This document shows positions 1 to 8,461 of a DNA stretch of 45,410 nt, piece by piece. Location: NCBI GenBank assembly GCA_018895765.1, contig JAHINX010000019.1, positions 1-45,410 of the forward strand, given 5' to 3'. This DNA is from Patescibacteria group bacterium. GTDB lineage: Bacteria; Patescibacteriota; Patescibacteriia; GCA-002772895. The stretch's first letter is position 1; every line of letters begins with the position of its first letter. Position numbers and translations under genes: made by a program. Below the pieces are notes generated by a model, which worked only from the letters and a program-made list of their open reading frames with translations, was not told the origin of the DNA and did no database searches.

Positions 1-1
1 G

Positions 2-781
2 ATGTTTCCCGCGATTGGCGTTGGCTCGCTTCCTTTTCGTGGTGCCTGCAATCCAAACAATATTAATGAATTTGTTGATGAGTACAGAGGCGTGCGCACC
101 GTTTACATCCAATCCGCGTTTCGCTATGATTATCCTTTGGAAGCGGTTAAAAAGAGCATAAAATTTTTAAATAAAAAATTGCCTATTTTAGAGCCGGAGA
201 TATATTCAAAAAAAGAGATTGATATGATTCAAGAAATAAATGAATTAGCCAGCAAGCCATATCGTAAAACAGTAGAAGCTTTGGCGCCCTTTATCAATAA
301 ATTTTCTGAATTTGTTCCAAAAAGAAGGGAACGGCGTTTGCATGTCGGACTTTTTGGCTACGCACGCGCGATTGGGAATAAAAAATTGCCGCGAGCGATT
401 CCATTTACTGCGATTTTGTATTCTTTGGGTGTACCGCCGGAATTTATTGGAACCGGTCGCGCGATTAAAAAATTAAAAAAGGAGCAAGGTTTATTGGTGT
501 CAAAAGTTTATAAAAATCTAAAAAGAGACTTGGTGTATGCTGGAAGATTTTTAAACAGGCATAATTTAAATGAACTGAGCAAGTTGAGGGTTGCGTTTAG
601 AGATATAGAGGAGGATATAAAATATTTGGAGGAAGAGTTGGGTGTTGAATTGGGTCCGTGGTCAAATGAAGATATGATTTATCGCAATTTAACGGGCAAC
701 GTGCTGTTGAAATTAAAAGACGGCAAGGACATATCAGAATTAATTGTAGAAACGGGAAAGTATAGGCGAAGTTTGGGATAA
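2..781 (+). CDS. Phosphoenolpyruvate carboxylase, archaeal-type (PpcA-like), C-terminal 259 aa; 5' end outside window
   Basis: ORF is open to the window edge. The IGVGSLPFRG loop and C-terminal ...YRRSLG resemble archaeal-type PEPC as I recall the family. It is followed directly by an aspartate aminotransferase (oxaloacetate to aspartate). Confidence 0.5.
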   Translation: MFPAIGVGSLPFRGACNPNNINEFVDEYRGVRTVYIQSAFRYDYPLEAVKKSIKFLNKKLPILEPEIYSKKEIDMIQEINELASKPYRKTVEALAPFINKFSEFVPKRRERRLHVGLFGYARAIGNKKLPRAIPFTAILYSLGVPPEFIGTGRAIKKLKKEQGLLVSKVYKNLKRDLVYAGRFLNRHNLNELSKLRVAFRDIEEDIKYLEEELGVELGPWSNEDMIYRNLTGNVLLKLKDGKDISELIVETGKYRRSLG

Positions 782-792
782 GTCATAAATCT

Positions 793-1947
793 ATGATTTC
801 AAAAAGAATTTTACAGTTGGAAGCTTCTTCAACAGCAGAAATTAATAAGCGCGTTTTGGAGTTGCGTCAGCAGGGCGCCAGTGTTATTTCGTTTGGAATT
901 GGGGAGCCGAATTTTAATGTGCCTCAAGAAGTAAAAGATGCTGTTAAAAAGGCAGTTGATGAAAATTTTTCAAAATATACGGCAGGTGACGGCACTCCGG
1001 AATTAAAAAAAGCAATTATAGAAAAATTGAAAACAGAAAATAATATTGAGTATGCGGAGAAGAATATAATCGCAAGCGCAGGCGCGAAGCAGTGTATATA
1101 TAACGCTTTTCAGGCTTTGTTAAATCCGGGCGATGAAGTTATTTTGTCAACGCCATATTGGGTGAGCTACCCGGCGCAAATAGGGTTGGCTGGCGGAGTT
1201 CCGGTTTATGCGGCGACAGGAAAGGATTTTGTTTTGCGCGCGGAATTTTTGGAGCCACTAATTAGCGAAAAAACGAAGGTTATTGTTTTAAATAGTCCAA
1301 ACAATCCAACCGGCGCTGTTATCCCAAAAGAAGATCTTTTAAAAATAGCCCGCCTTGCGATTGCGAAAAATATATTTATTATTTCCGATGAAGTTTATGA
1401 ATATTTTGTATATGGCGCGGAACATACGAGTATTGCTTCTTTGAGCGAAGAAATAAAAAATAGAACTTTAACAATAAACGCGCTATCAAAAAGTTTTGCA
1501 ATGACTGGCTGGCGATTGGGATATGCCGCCGGTCCGGAGGAGATTGTTGCCGGAATGAAAAAATTGCAGGAGCAAAGCACATCCAATCCTTGCGGGCTGG
1601 CGCAAAAGGCCGCCACCACCGCTTTAAATTTGGGAAAGAGCCGGGTAAAAGACGTTGTGGATGATTTTAAGGATAAAAGAGATTTTGTCTGCGGGTTTTT
1701 GGAGGCACTGGGGATTGATTTTGTTTTGCCAAGCGGTGCGTTTTATGTTTTTTTTGATGTATCAAAATATTTTAAAGGCGAAATTAATAGTTCTGTGGAT
1801 TTTTGCAAAAAATTATTGGAGCGGTCGGGGGTTGCGCTGATGCCCGGCGTTTCTTTTGGAGAAGATAACTATGTTCGGCTTTCTTATGCAGTAGATATAA
1901 AAGATTTGGAAGAAGGAATGAAAAGGATTAAAGACTATTTGGCGTAA
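793..1947 (+). CDS. Class I PLP-dependent aminotransferase (aspartate aminotransferase-like)
   Basis: 384 aa, full length, with NSPNNPTG and SKSFAMTGWRLGY (PLP-lysine) motifs. Confidence 0.9.
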   Translation: MISKRILQLEASSTAEINKRVLELRQQGASVISFGIGEPNFNVPQEVKDAVKKAVDENFSKYTAGDGTPELKKAIIEKLKTENNIEYAEKNIIASAGAKQCIYNAFQALLNPGDEVILSTPYWVSYPAQIGLAGGVPVYAATGKDFVLRAEFLEPLISEKTKVIVLNSPNNPTGAVIPKEDLLKIARLAIAKNIFIISDEVYEYFVYGAEHTSIASLSEEIKNRTLTINALSKSFAMTGWRLGYAAGPEEIVAGMKKLQEQSTSNPCGLAQKAATTALNLGKSRVKDVVDDFKDKRDFVCGFLEALGIDFVLPSGAFYVFFDVSKYFKGEINSSVDFCKKLLERSGVALMPGVSFGEDNYVRLSYAVDIKDLEEGMKRIKDYLA

Positions 1948-2008
1948 GCGCATTGTTTAGAAGCTTATGAGTAAGGCTTTACTTTGCTCATAAGAAGATG
2001 TGCTATAA

Positions 2009-2037
2009 TTGACAAAAATTGGGAATGGTGGTAATTT
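2009..2037 (+). promoter_or_regulatory. Sigma70-type promoter: TTGACA-17 nt-TAATTT with TGn extended -10
   Basis: TTGACA at 2009-2014 and TGgTAATTT ending at 2037, about 24 nt upstream of the 2061 ORF. Confidence 0.6.
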
Positions 2038-2060
2038 TTATTTTAGGAAGGAGGTGAGAG

Positions 2061-2279
2061 ATGATTTGGTATTTGCTTTTTATCTTTTGCGGATTGGTTG
2101 TGGGGTTTTTTGTCGGACGCTGGCATATGGATAGAGAATTGGCTAAGATGATGAATGAAAGAATATTGATGATTACTAGAACCGCAGAAGATGCAATCTT
2201 GAAACAAAGGATAGAAAAGAATAAAGCAGAGGCTGACTTGCTTTTGTCAAAAGTAAATTTGGAGGAAAAAGATGACTGA
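2061..2279 (+). CDS. Small membrane protein (72 aa), unknown function
   Basis: N-terminal TM helix IWYLLFIFCGLVVGFFVG. A strong SD (GGAAGGAGGTGAGAG) lies directly upstream. Confidence 0.55.
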   Translation: MIWYLLFIFCGLVVGFFVGRWHMDRELAKMMNERILMITRTAEDAILKQRIEKNKAEADLLLSKVNLEEKDD

Positions 2280-2439
2280 TCACGAACGCTGTAGGCAAAT
2301 AAGTATGCTTGCTCTTATTGCTCAAGCCGCGCCATCAGAGTTTGACCGTACTAAAAAACAGATAGAAAGCGGAGAGCTGGGGCTTACCGATGAATATAAA
2401 AAACTAGCGTTAAAGCTCATTGAAACAAAAAAGAAATAA
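2272..2439 (+). CDS. Small ORF (55 aa), unknown function; below the 60-aa cutoff of the ORF track
   Basis: ATG 2272 overlaps the previous stop by 8 nt and is preceded by GGAGGAAAAAG. A terminator follows it. Confidence 0.35.
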   Translation: MTDHERCRQISMLALIAQAAPSEFDRTKKQIESGELGLTDEYKKLALKLIETKKK

Positions 2440-2448
2440 TAATATTTT

Positions 2449-2477
2449 AACAATGGCACTACCCATTGTTTTTTATT
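2449..2477 (+). terminator. Rho-independent terminator
   Basis: AACAATGG / CCATTGTT 8-bp stem followed by TTTTATT. Confidence 0.6.
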
Positions 2478-2587
2478 ATTGGGAATATAGGCAATGAACA
2501 TACCATAGTATGTTCATTGAAGTTGTGGATAAGTCGGGAACCGCTCATTTGCTCCGATTGGAAAGAGAGGGTAAAATAATAACAGCA

Positions 2588-2677
2588 ATCCGCACTGATA
2601 TCCGCACGGATAGGTGTCGCGGATCGTCCGTCGGCTGACGGACTCCCGCGAGATTGCCACGCTTCACTCGCAATGAC
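2588..2677. repeat. Composite GC-rich repeat island: ATCCG/CGGAT cluster, long hairpin 2617-2651, then one AGATTGCCACG...CTCGCAATGAC unit (2651-2677)
   Basis: The same words recur at 21888-21960, 23296-23446 and 29424-29519. The hairpin is TCGCGG..GTCCGT cggctg ACGGAC..CCGCGA. Confidence 0.7.
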
Positions 2678-2811
2678 CCTTCTTCGCCCTTCGGGCTTCA
2701 AAGGGCACGGCAGATTTTTATACATAATACTGGATCCTAAATCAAGTTCAGGATGACAAATAATAAGTCGCGAAGCGACACAAAGTTACCTTACTACTTA
2801 CTACTAATTTT

Positions 2812-5800
2812 ATGTTTTGCCACCTCCACACACATTCTCACTATTCATTATTAGACGGACTGCCGAAGATTCCGGATATTGTTAATCGCGCGAAAGAGCT
2901 CGGAATGACAGCGGTCGCCCTTACAGACCATGGAACAACCTATGGTCTTATTGAGTTTTATAAAGCCTGTAAAAAAGCGGATATAAAACCAATTTTGGGA
3001 GTAGAGGCATATGTGGCGAGAAGAGGACATACCGACAAAGAGCCTGGAGTAGATACTAAGCCATATCACCTTGTGCTTCTTGCAAAAAATAAAGAGGGTT
3101 ATGAAAATATATTACGCCTTACATCAATAGCTCATCTTGATGGTTTCTATTATAAGCCCCGGATAGATAAAGAACTTTTGAAAAAATACGGCAAGGGAAT
3201 AATCGGGCTTTCCGCCTGTTTGAACGGCGAAATAGCGCGTGCGGTGCTCTCGGACAATATGGAAACAGCCGAACGGGCACTTGCAGAGTATAAAGATATT
3301 TTTGGCGAAGGAAATTTTTATTTGGAAATACAGCCTCAAACCGCCACAAAAAATAATGATCAGTCGCTTGCTAACGCGCGTCTTATAGAGCTTGCCAAAA
3401 AGACCAATACGCCTCTTGTTGCCACCAAAGATGTACATTATATAAACTTTGAAGATAAAGAGGCGCAGGATGCCCTTTTATGTATTCAGACGGGTACTAC
3501 TTTAGATAACCCAGATCGATTGAGTATGATGGATATTGATTGCTCTTTTTCTACAGAAGGGGATATGCGAGAGTGGTTTCCCGATACGCCCGAAGCAATA
3601 GAGAATACGGAAAAAATTGCCGAAGCTTGTAATGTAGAACTAGAGCTTGGCGGAAATATTTTGCCAAAATTTAAAACGCCAAATGGAAAATCGGATGTGG
3701 ATTATTTGCGCGAGCTTTGCGAAGAAGGTGTTAAAAAAAGATATAAAGAGATAACGCCGGAGGTCCGCGAACGTTTGGAATGGGAGCTTGATACTATCAA
3801 TAAAATGGGATTTGCTTCCTACTTTTTGATAGTTGCGGATTTTGTAAAATATGCAAAAGGCGAGGGGATAGTTGTCGGTCCGGGCCGTGGAAGCGCGGCT
3901 GGTTCAATTGTTTCTTACGTCCTTAGAGTTACCGACCTTGACCCAATACATTACAAATTACTTTTTGAAAGATTTTTAAATCCGGACAGAATATCAATGC
4001 CTGATATTGATATGGATTTTGCTGACATCAAACGTCATAAAGTTATTGAATATGTTATGGAAAAGTATGGGCGGGACAAGGTGGCCGGTATTATAACATT
4101 TGGAACAATGATGGCGCGCGCGGCAGTACGCGATGTGGGCAGGGTAATGGGTTTGCCATACGGAGAAGTGGACCGGATTGCAAAAATGATTCCAACTCCT
4201 GTGCAGGGCAGACATACACCTCTTTCACAGCATGTTGAAGAAGTAAAAGAGCTCCGCGAGCTATATAATGATAATCCGGATATAAAACGCCTTTTGGATT
4301 TGTCTATAAAAATGGAAGGAACCGTCCGCCACGCCTCACAGCACGCTTGTGCTGTGGTAATTGCCGATAAACCGCTTATGGAATATACTGCAATTCAAAA
4401 GGCACAGGGCGGAGATGTAGAAAGCGTAACCCAATATTCAATGAAGCCGATTGAAGATGTTGGCTTGCTTAAAATGGACTTTTTGGGGCTATCTAATCTT
4501 TCCATTATTCAGGATACGATAGAGATTGTTGAAGCAGTGAGTAAAATTGAAACAGGTGAAGGAACAAAAATTGATATAGAAAAAATACCACTTAATGATA
4601 AAAAGACATTTAATATTTTATCGCGCGCAGAGACGACTGGTGTTTTTCAACTTGAATCCTCTGGAATGAAGCGATATATAAAAGAACTCCAGCCAACAGA
4701 CATAGAAGACATTATTGCTATGGTGGCGTTGTATCGTCCGGGACCGATGCAATTTATTGAGTCATTTATTAATAGAAAACATGGCAGAGAAAAAATAAAA
4801 TATATGCATCCTTCTATGGAGAATGCATTGAAAAATACTTATGGTATTCCTGTTTATCAGGAACAGGTTATGCAAATATCAAAAGATATGGCAGGATTTA
4901 CTGGCGGAGAAGCGGATACTTTGCGTAAGGCGATGGGAAAAAAGATTGCTGAGTTGATGGCGAAGATGCGCGCAAAGTTTATTGCCGGCGCAACGACACA
5001 GGGTATATCAAAACAAATAGCAATAGAAGTTTTTAAGACATTAGAAGATTTTGCCGCTTATGGATTTAATCGATGTTTGACGGGAGATACGGAAGTTGTT
5101 GACATTAAAACAGGTAAAAAAGCAACGATAGTAGAACTTTATAAAGACAATAAATTAGTAAAAAATATTTTAGCATTGGAAGAAGGAACATTAAAATTTA
5201 AAAAAGCTAAGATAGAAAAAGTTTTTAGCAATGGAATAAAAGCAGTTTATGAACTAACTACGAAATTAGGCAGAAAAATTAAAGCAACCGACAATCATCC
5301 GTTTTTTATGTTTGATGGGTGGGTATTGCTCAAAGATTTAAAGATTGGGGATAAAATTGCCGTCCCAAGAGAATTAAATTTAAAACTAAATAGATATGAA
5401 ATAGATGATAAGCATTTGATTTTATTAGGTTATTTGATCGCTGAAGGCAATTTATGTCATCCCCATACATTTTATTTTTATTCTTCTAGTAAGGAAGAAA
5501 TAGACGACTATGTAAGTAATTTGGAGAGATTTGATAACACAAGAGCAACTATTAATCATAAAAAAAAGACTGCATCTATCCACACTGCGCGCAAGATTCT
5601 AAATCAAAAATCAGAAGCGATTGAATGGATTAGAAAAATTGGCGTTATGAATAAAAGAGCAACTGAAAAAGAATTGCCTGACTTTGTGTATGAGTTAAAC
5701 GAAAGGCAGCTGTCTTTATTGATATCAAAAATATTTCAAGGTGATGGATGTATCACTGTAAAGCGGAAACATCCTGAAATTTATTATGCTACCTCGTCAA

Positions 5801-7653
5801 TAAAGTTATCAAAGCAAATACATCATTTATTGTTGCGTTTGAATATTGTAAGTTCTATAAAAAAGAAAAAATTTAAATATCGGGGTGGTATTAAAATTGG
5901 GTATACCCTTCATATAAATCGTTATAGCAATATTGAAACATTTATAACAAAGATCGGCTGTTATTTTGTGGGACAGAAAAAAAGAGCGATAAAGCACATT
6001 TTAAAGACGCATCCTATATTAAATGGAACGATAAAAGCTAACGCGGCAAGAGGCAGTCGCGATATCGTACCGATAGAAATCTTAAGCCTAATAAAAAAAG
6101 AAATACAAAATAAGGGATATGCCTTGCGATCTTTTGCTAGGAAATATAGAATAGCAGAACGATTATTATTTGCCGATAAAATTAAGAAAGGGTTTTTGCG
6201 TGAAACCTTGGGCAATATAGCCGATATTTTAAAATCCAAAGAAATCAAAAAATATGCTAAAAGCGATATTTATTGGGACGAGATAGCCAGCATAAAATAT
6301 ACCGGAGAAGAAAAAACTTACGATTTAACAGTTTCTAAGTATCATAATTTTGTAGCCAATGATATTGTTGTGCATAATTCGCATGCAGCTTGTTATGCTA
6401 TGATCGCTTATCGCACAGCATATCTAAAAGCCAATTGGCCAAATTGTTTTATGGCGGCTTTGATGAATAGTGATTATGGAAATCTTGACCGAATTACAAT
6501 AGAAGTGGAAGAGTGTAAATCTTTGGGATTAGAAGTTCTTCCGCCTGATATTAATGAGTCATATTCAAAATTTTCTGTTGTGCCAAAAACAAATAAAATC
6601 CGTTTCGGTCTTTTGGCTATTAAAAATGTCGGAAGCGATATTGCGGATGCGATAATTAAAGAGCGCAAGGAAAATGGAAAGTTTGAATCATCGGAGGACT
6701 TTTTGGAACGTATTAATCATAAAAATTTGAATAAAAAATCTTTGGATGCGCTTGTGAAGTGCGGGGCAATGGATGCATTGGGCGCGAGGGCGGAGATGCT
6801 TCATAATATGCAGAAGATGCTGGATTTTAACAGAGAAATCCGTGCAGCAGCAGAAAAAACAACTGCCTGCCTTTTTGGCGGAGATGTGCTTTCCAAGCCG
6901 ACTTTGCAGATGGAACCGGCTGAACCGATAGAGAAAAAAGAAATTTTGGCTTGGGAAAAAGAGCTTCTCGGGCTTTATGTGAGCGCTCATCCGTTTTTGG
7001 ATATAAAGCCGTTAATAGCAGATTTAATTAAAAATATTGATGAGCTAAAAGAAATGAAAGACGGAAACTGGGTAAATGTTGCCGGCGTGATAACAAAAAT
7101 CCATAGCATTAGAACAAAAAAGAACGAACCGATGTGTTTTGTAACTATAGAAGATGGAATGTCTTCATTTGAGATCGTTGTTTTCCCTGGGGTGCTGGAA
7201 GGAACCCGTGAATTATGGCAAGAAGATAGTATTGTAATTGTCGGCGGGCGTCTTTCTTTTAAAGATGGGGAAATAAAAGTGCTGGCAAATAAGGTAGAGG
7301 TTGTGAGTGTTGATAATATGGAAAAAATAAAATCCGATTTTACATCGGTAAAATCGGATAAATCCCAAATCCCAAATCCCAAATCCCAACAAAACTCCAG
7401 CCCTCAAGTTCAAGATTCCGAAACTATTAGCGTCCCGACTCCCAATAGTGTGAAGGAATTTTTTAATGGTAATATTGCGCTAAAAGATGACGGATTATAT
7501 ATTTCTTTGCCAAAAACAATGAAGAAAGCGCAAGTGGAACATATAAAATTATTATTACAAAAACACCCGGGAGATACCCAAGTGTTTTTGGCTTTGCCGG
7601 ATAAGCCGGCAATTAAAACTAGTTTTAAGGTTGACGCGGAAAAATTTATTTAA
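2812..7653 (+). CDS. dnaE: DNA polymerase III alpha subunit (DnaE), intein-containing precursor
   Basis: PHP domain (HLHTHSHYSLLDG), GPGRGSAAGS, MPDIDMDF, OB fold and C-terminal domain. The conserved GFN(K/R)-SHAA motif is split by a 435-aa insert. Confidence 0.97.
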   Translation: MFCHLHTHSHYSLLDGLPKIPDIVNRAKELGMTAVALTDHGTTYGLIEFYKACKKADIKPILGVEAYVARRGHTDKEPGVDTKPYHLVLLAKNKEGYENILRLTSIAHLDGFYYKPRIDKELLKKYGKGIIGLSACLNGEIARAVLSDNMETAERALAEYKDIFGEGNFYLEIQPQTATKNNDQSLANARLIELAKKTNTPLVATKDVHYINFEDKEAQDALLCIQTGTTLDNPDRLSMMDIDCSFSTEGDMREWFPDTPEAIENTEKIAEACNVELELGGNILPKFKTPNGKSDVDYLRELCEEGVKKRYKEITPEVRERLEWELDTINKMGFASYFLIVADFVKYAKGEGIVVGPGRGSAAGSIVSYVLRVTDLDPIHYKLLFERFLNPDRISMPDIDMDFADIKRHKVIEYVMEKYGRDKVAGIITFGTMMARAAVRDVGRVMGLPYGEVDRIAKMIPTPVQGRHTPLSQHVEEVKELRELYNDNPDIKRLLDLSIKMEGTVRHASQHACAVVIADKPLMEYTAIQKAQGGDVESVTQYSMKPIEDVGLLKMDFLGLSNLSIIQDTIEIVEAVSKIETGEGTKIDIEKIPLNDKKTFNILSRAETTGVFQLESSGMKRYIKELQPTDIEDIIAMVALYRPGPMQFIESFINRKHGREKIKYMHPSMENALKNTYGIPVYQEQVMQISKDMAGFTGGEADTLRKAMGKKIAELMAKMRAKFIAGATTQGISKQIAIEVFKTLEDFAAYGFNRCLTGDTEVVDIKTGKKATIVELYKDNKLVKNILALEEGTLKFKKAKIEKVFSNGIKAVYELTTKLGRKIKATDNHPFFMFDGWVLLKDLKIGDKIAVPRELNLKLNRYEIDDKHLILLGYLIAEGNLCHPHTFYFYSSSKEEIDDYVSNLERFDNTRATINHKKKTASIHTARKILNQKSEAIEWIRKIGVMNKRATEKELPDFVYELNERQLSLLISKIFQGDGCITVKRKHPEIYYATSSIKLSKQIHHLLLRLNIVSSIKKKKFKYRGGIKIGYTLHINRYSNIETFITKIGCYFVGQKKRAIKHILKTHPILNGTIKANAARGSRDIVPIEILSLIKKEIQNKGYALRSFARKYRIAERLLFADKIKKGFLRETLGNIADILKSKEIKKYAKSDIYWDEIASIKYTGEEKTYDLTVSKYHNFVANDIVVHNSHAACYAMIAYRTAYLKANWPNCFMAALMNSDYGNLDRITIEVEECKSLGLEVLPPDINESYSKFSVVPKTNKIRFGLLAIKNVGSDIADAIIKERKENGKFESSEDFLERINHKNLNKKSLDALVKCGAMDALGARAEMLHNMQKMLDFNREIRAAAEKTTACLFGGDVLSKPTLQMEPAEPIEKKEILAWEKELLGLYVSAHPFLDIKPLIADLIKNIDELKEMKDGNWVNVAGVITKIHSIRTKKNEPMCFVTIEDGMSSFEIVVFPGVLEGTRELWQEDSIVIVGGRLSFKDGEIKVLANKVEVVSVDNMEKIKSDFTSVKSDKSQIPNPKSQQNSSPQVQDSETISVPTPNSVKEFFNGNIALKDDGLYISLPKTMKKAQVEHIKLLLQKHPGDTQVFLALPDKPAIKTSFKVDAEKFI
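5074..6378 (+). mobile_element. Intein with LAGLIDADG homing-endonuclease domain inside DnaE
   Basis: Begins CLTGDTEVV right after ...AAYGFNR and ends ...DIVVHN, followed by SHAACYAM. LAGLIDADG-type motifs are LLGYLIAEGN and LISKIFQGDGCI. Excision restores GFNR-SHAACYA. Confidence 0.9.
7360..7387 (+). repeat. (AAATCCC)x4 perfect heptanucleotide microsatellite inside dnaE
   Basis: Four exact units encode KSQIPNPKSQ in the linker before the DnaE C-terminal domain. Confidence 0.95.
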
Positions 7654-8449
7654 ATTTTTCCAGATATCTTTTTGTTGATTCTATCTCAGACTCCTCTTCT
7701 CTTATGTGTTTTCTTGCTTCTTCTTTTTCTTTTTCAGTTGCACCTTCGTCTTCCAGTACTTCCTTATAATCAATAATTATTTTTTCTCCAAAATCAATTG
7801 CATCCTCCAGACCATCCAAATACGCTTTTTTCTGTTCGGGTTTGAGTTTTGCAAAGGCATTTTTTAATTCTTCATCCGGGACAGTGATAAATTCTGCAAG
7901 CCCGCGTCTCAAATTAGCTAGCTCTTCCGTAGTTATCATTTCAATTTTATCTTCTGCTAAAGAATTAATAAGTTTTGAAAGAGAATTTCTTTTTTCTTTC
8001 AATTCTTTTATTTTATCTTCGGCGTCCTCTTCGCTTGCCTCGCGCAATATGTCAATTTGGTCATCCAACGATAACTGGGCCTTTTCCAGCTCATCCAAAA
8101 ATTTTCCCTGTTCTTCCTCATTCATATCCCTAAATTTTTCTGCAAAGCCGTCTTTTTGCGCCAATAGCATTTCTGCGGTTTTTACATCAAATACAGAGGC
8201 GTTTTCTTCTGTCCTGTAAAGTTTTTTATAAAGATTTAGATTTCCTTGCTCATCAATGTGCGTTCTATATTTTGCTTCCGGGTCAAAATCAATTTTTTTA
8301 CCGTCGGCATCGCGTAGCTCCACTGTTTTGAAGCGGTCGACGATATTATATTTTAATAAATTTTCTACCTGAGTATGCGTTGTCGGGGGAGCCAGCTCTT
8401 CTTTTTTTATTTTTTTCTTCTCTATATTGTCTTTTTGTTTATTGTCCAT
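7646..8449 (-). CDS. Hypothetical acidic K/E-rich coiled-coil protein (267 aa)
   Basis: Long ORF with no recognisable motif. Its 3' end overlaps the dnaE 3' end by 8 nt (convergent). Confidence 0.6.
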   Translation of the reverse strand: MDNKQKDNIEKKKIKKEELAPPTTHTQVENLLKYNIVDRFKTVELRDADGKKIDFDPEAKYRTHIDEQGNLNLYKKLYRTEENASVFDVKTAEMLLAQKDGFAEKFRDMNEEEQGKFLDELEKAQLSLDDQIDILREASEEDAEDKIKELKEKRNSLSKLINSLAEDKIEMITTEELANLRRGLAEFITVPDEELKNAFAKLKPEQKKAYLDGLEDAIDFGEKIIIDYKEVLEDEGATEKEKEEARKHIREEESEIESTKRYLEKFK

Positions 8450-8461
8450 ATATTATTGTGA

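Noticed and set aside
2459-2725. 88-aa minus-strand ORF in the dnaE upstream region
   Set aside because: It lies entirely within the GC-rich repeat island (CGGAT words, long hairpin, AGATTGCCACG...CTCGCAATGAC unit). It has no SD or promoter, and its Arg/Ser/Pro-rich translation is typical of repeat read-through.
2440-2811. Chromosomal replication origin (oriC), suggested by the DnaA-box words and AT-rich repeats upstream of dnaE
   Set aside because: There is only one perfect box at this locus, no dnaA or dnaN nearby, and no clustered boxes with an AT-rich unwinding element. The boxes are dispersed across the window. I kept this as a motif finding, not an origin call.
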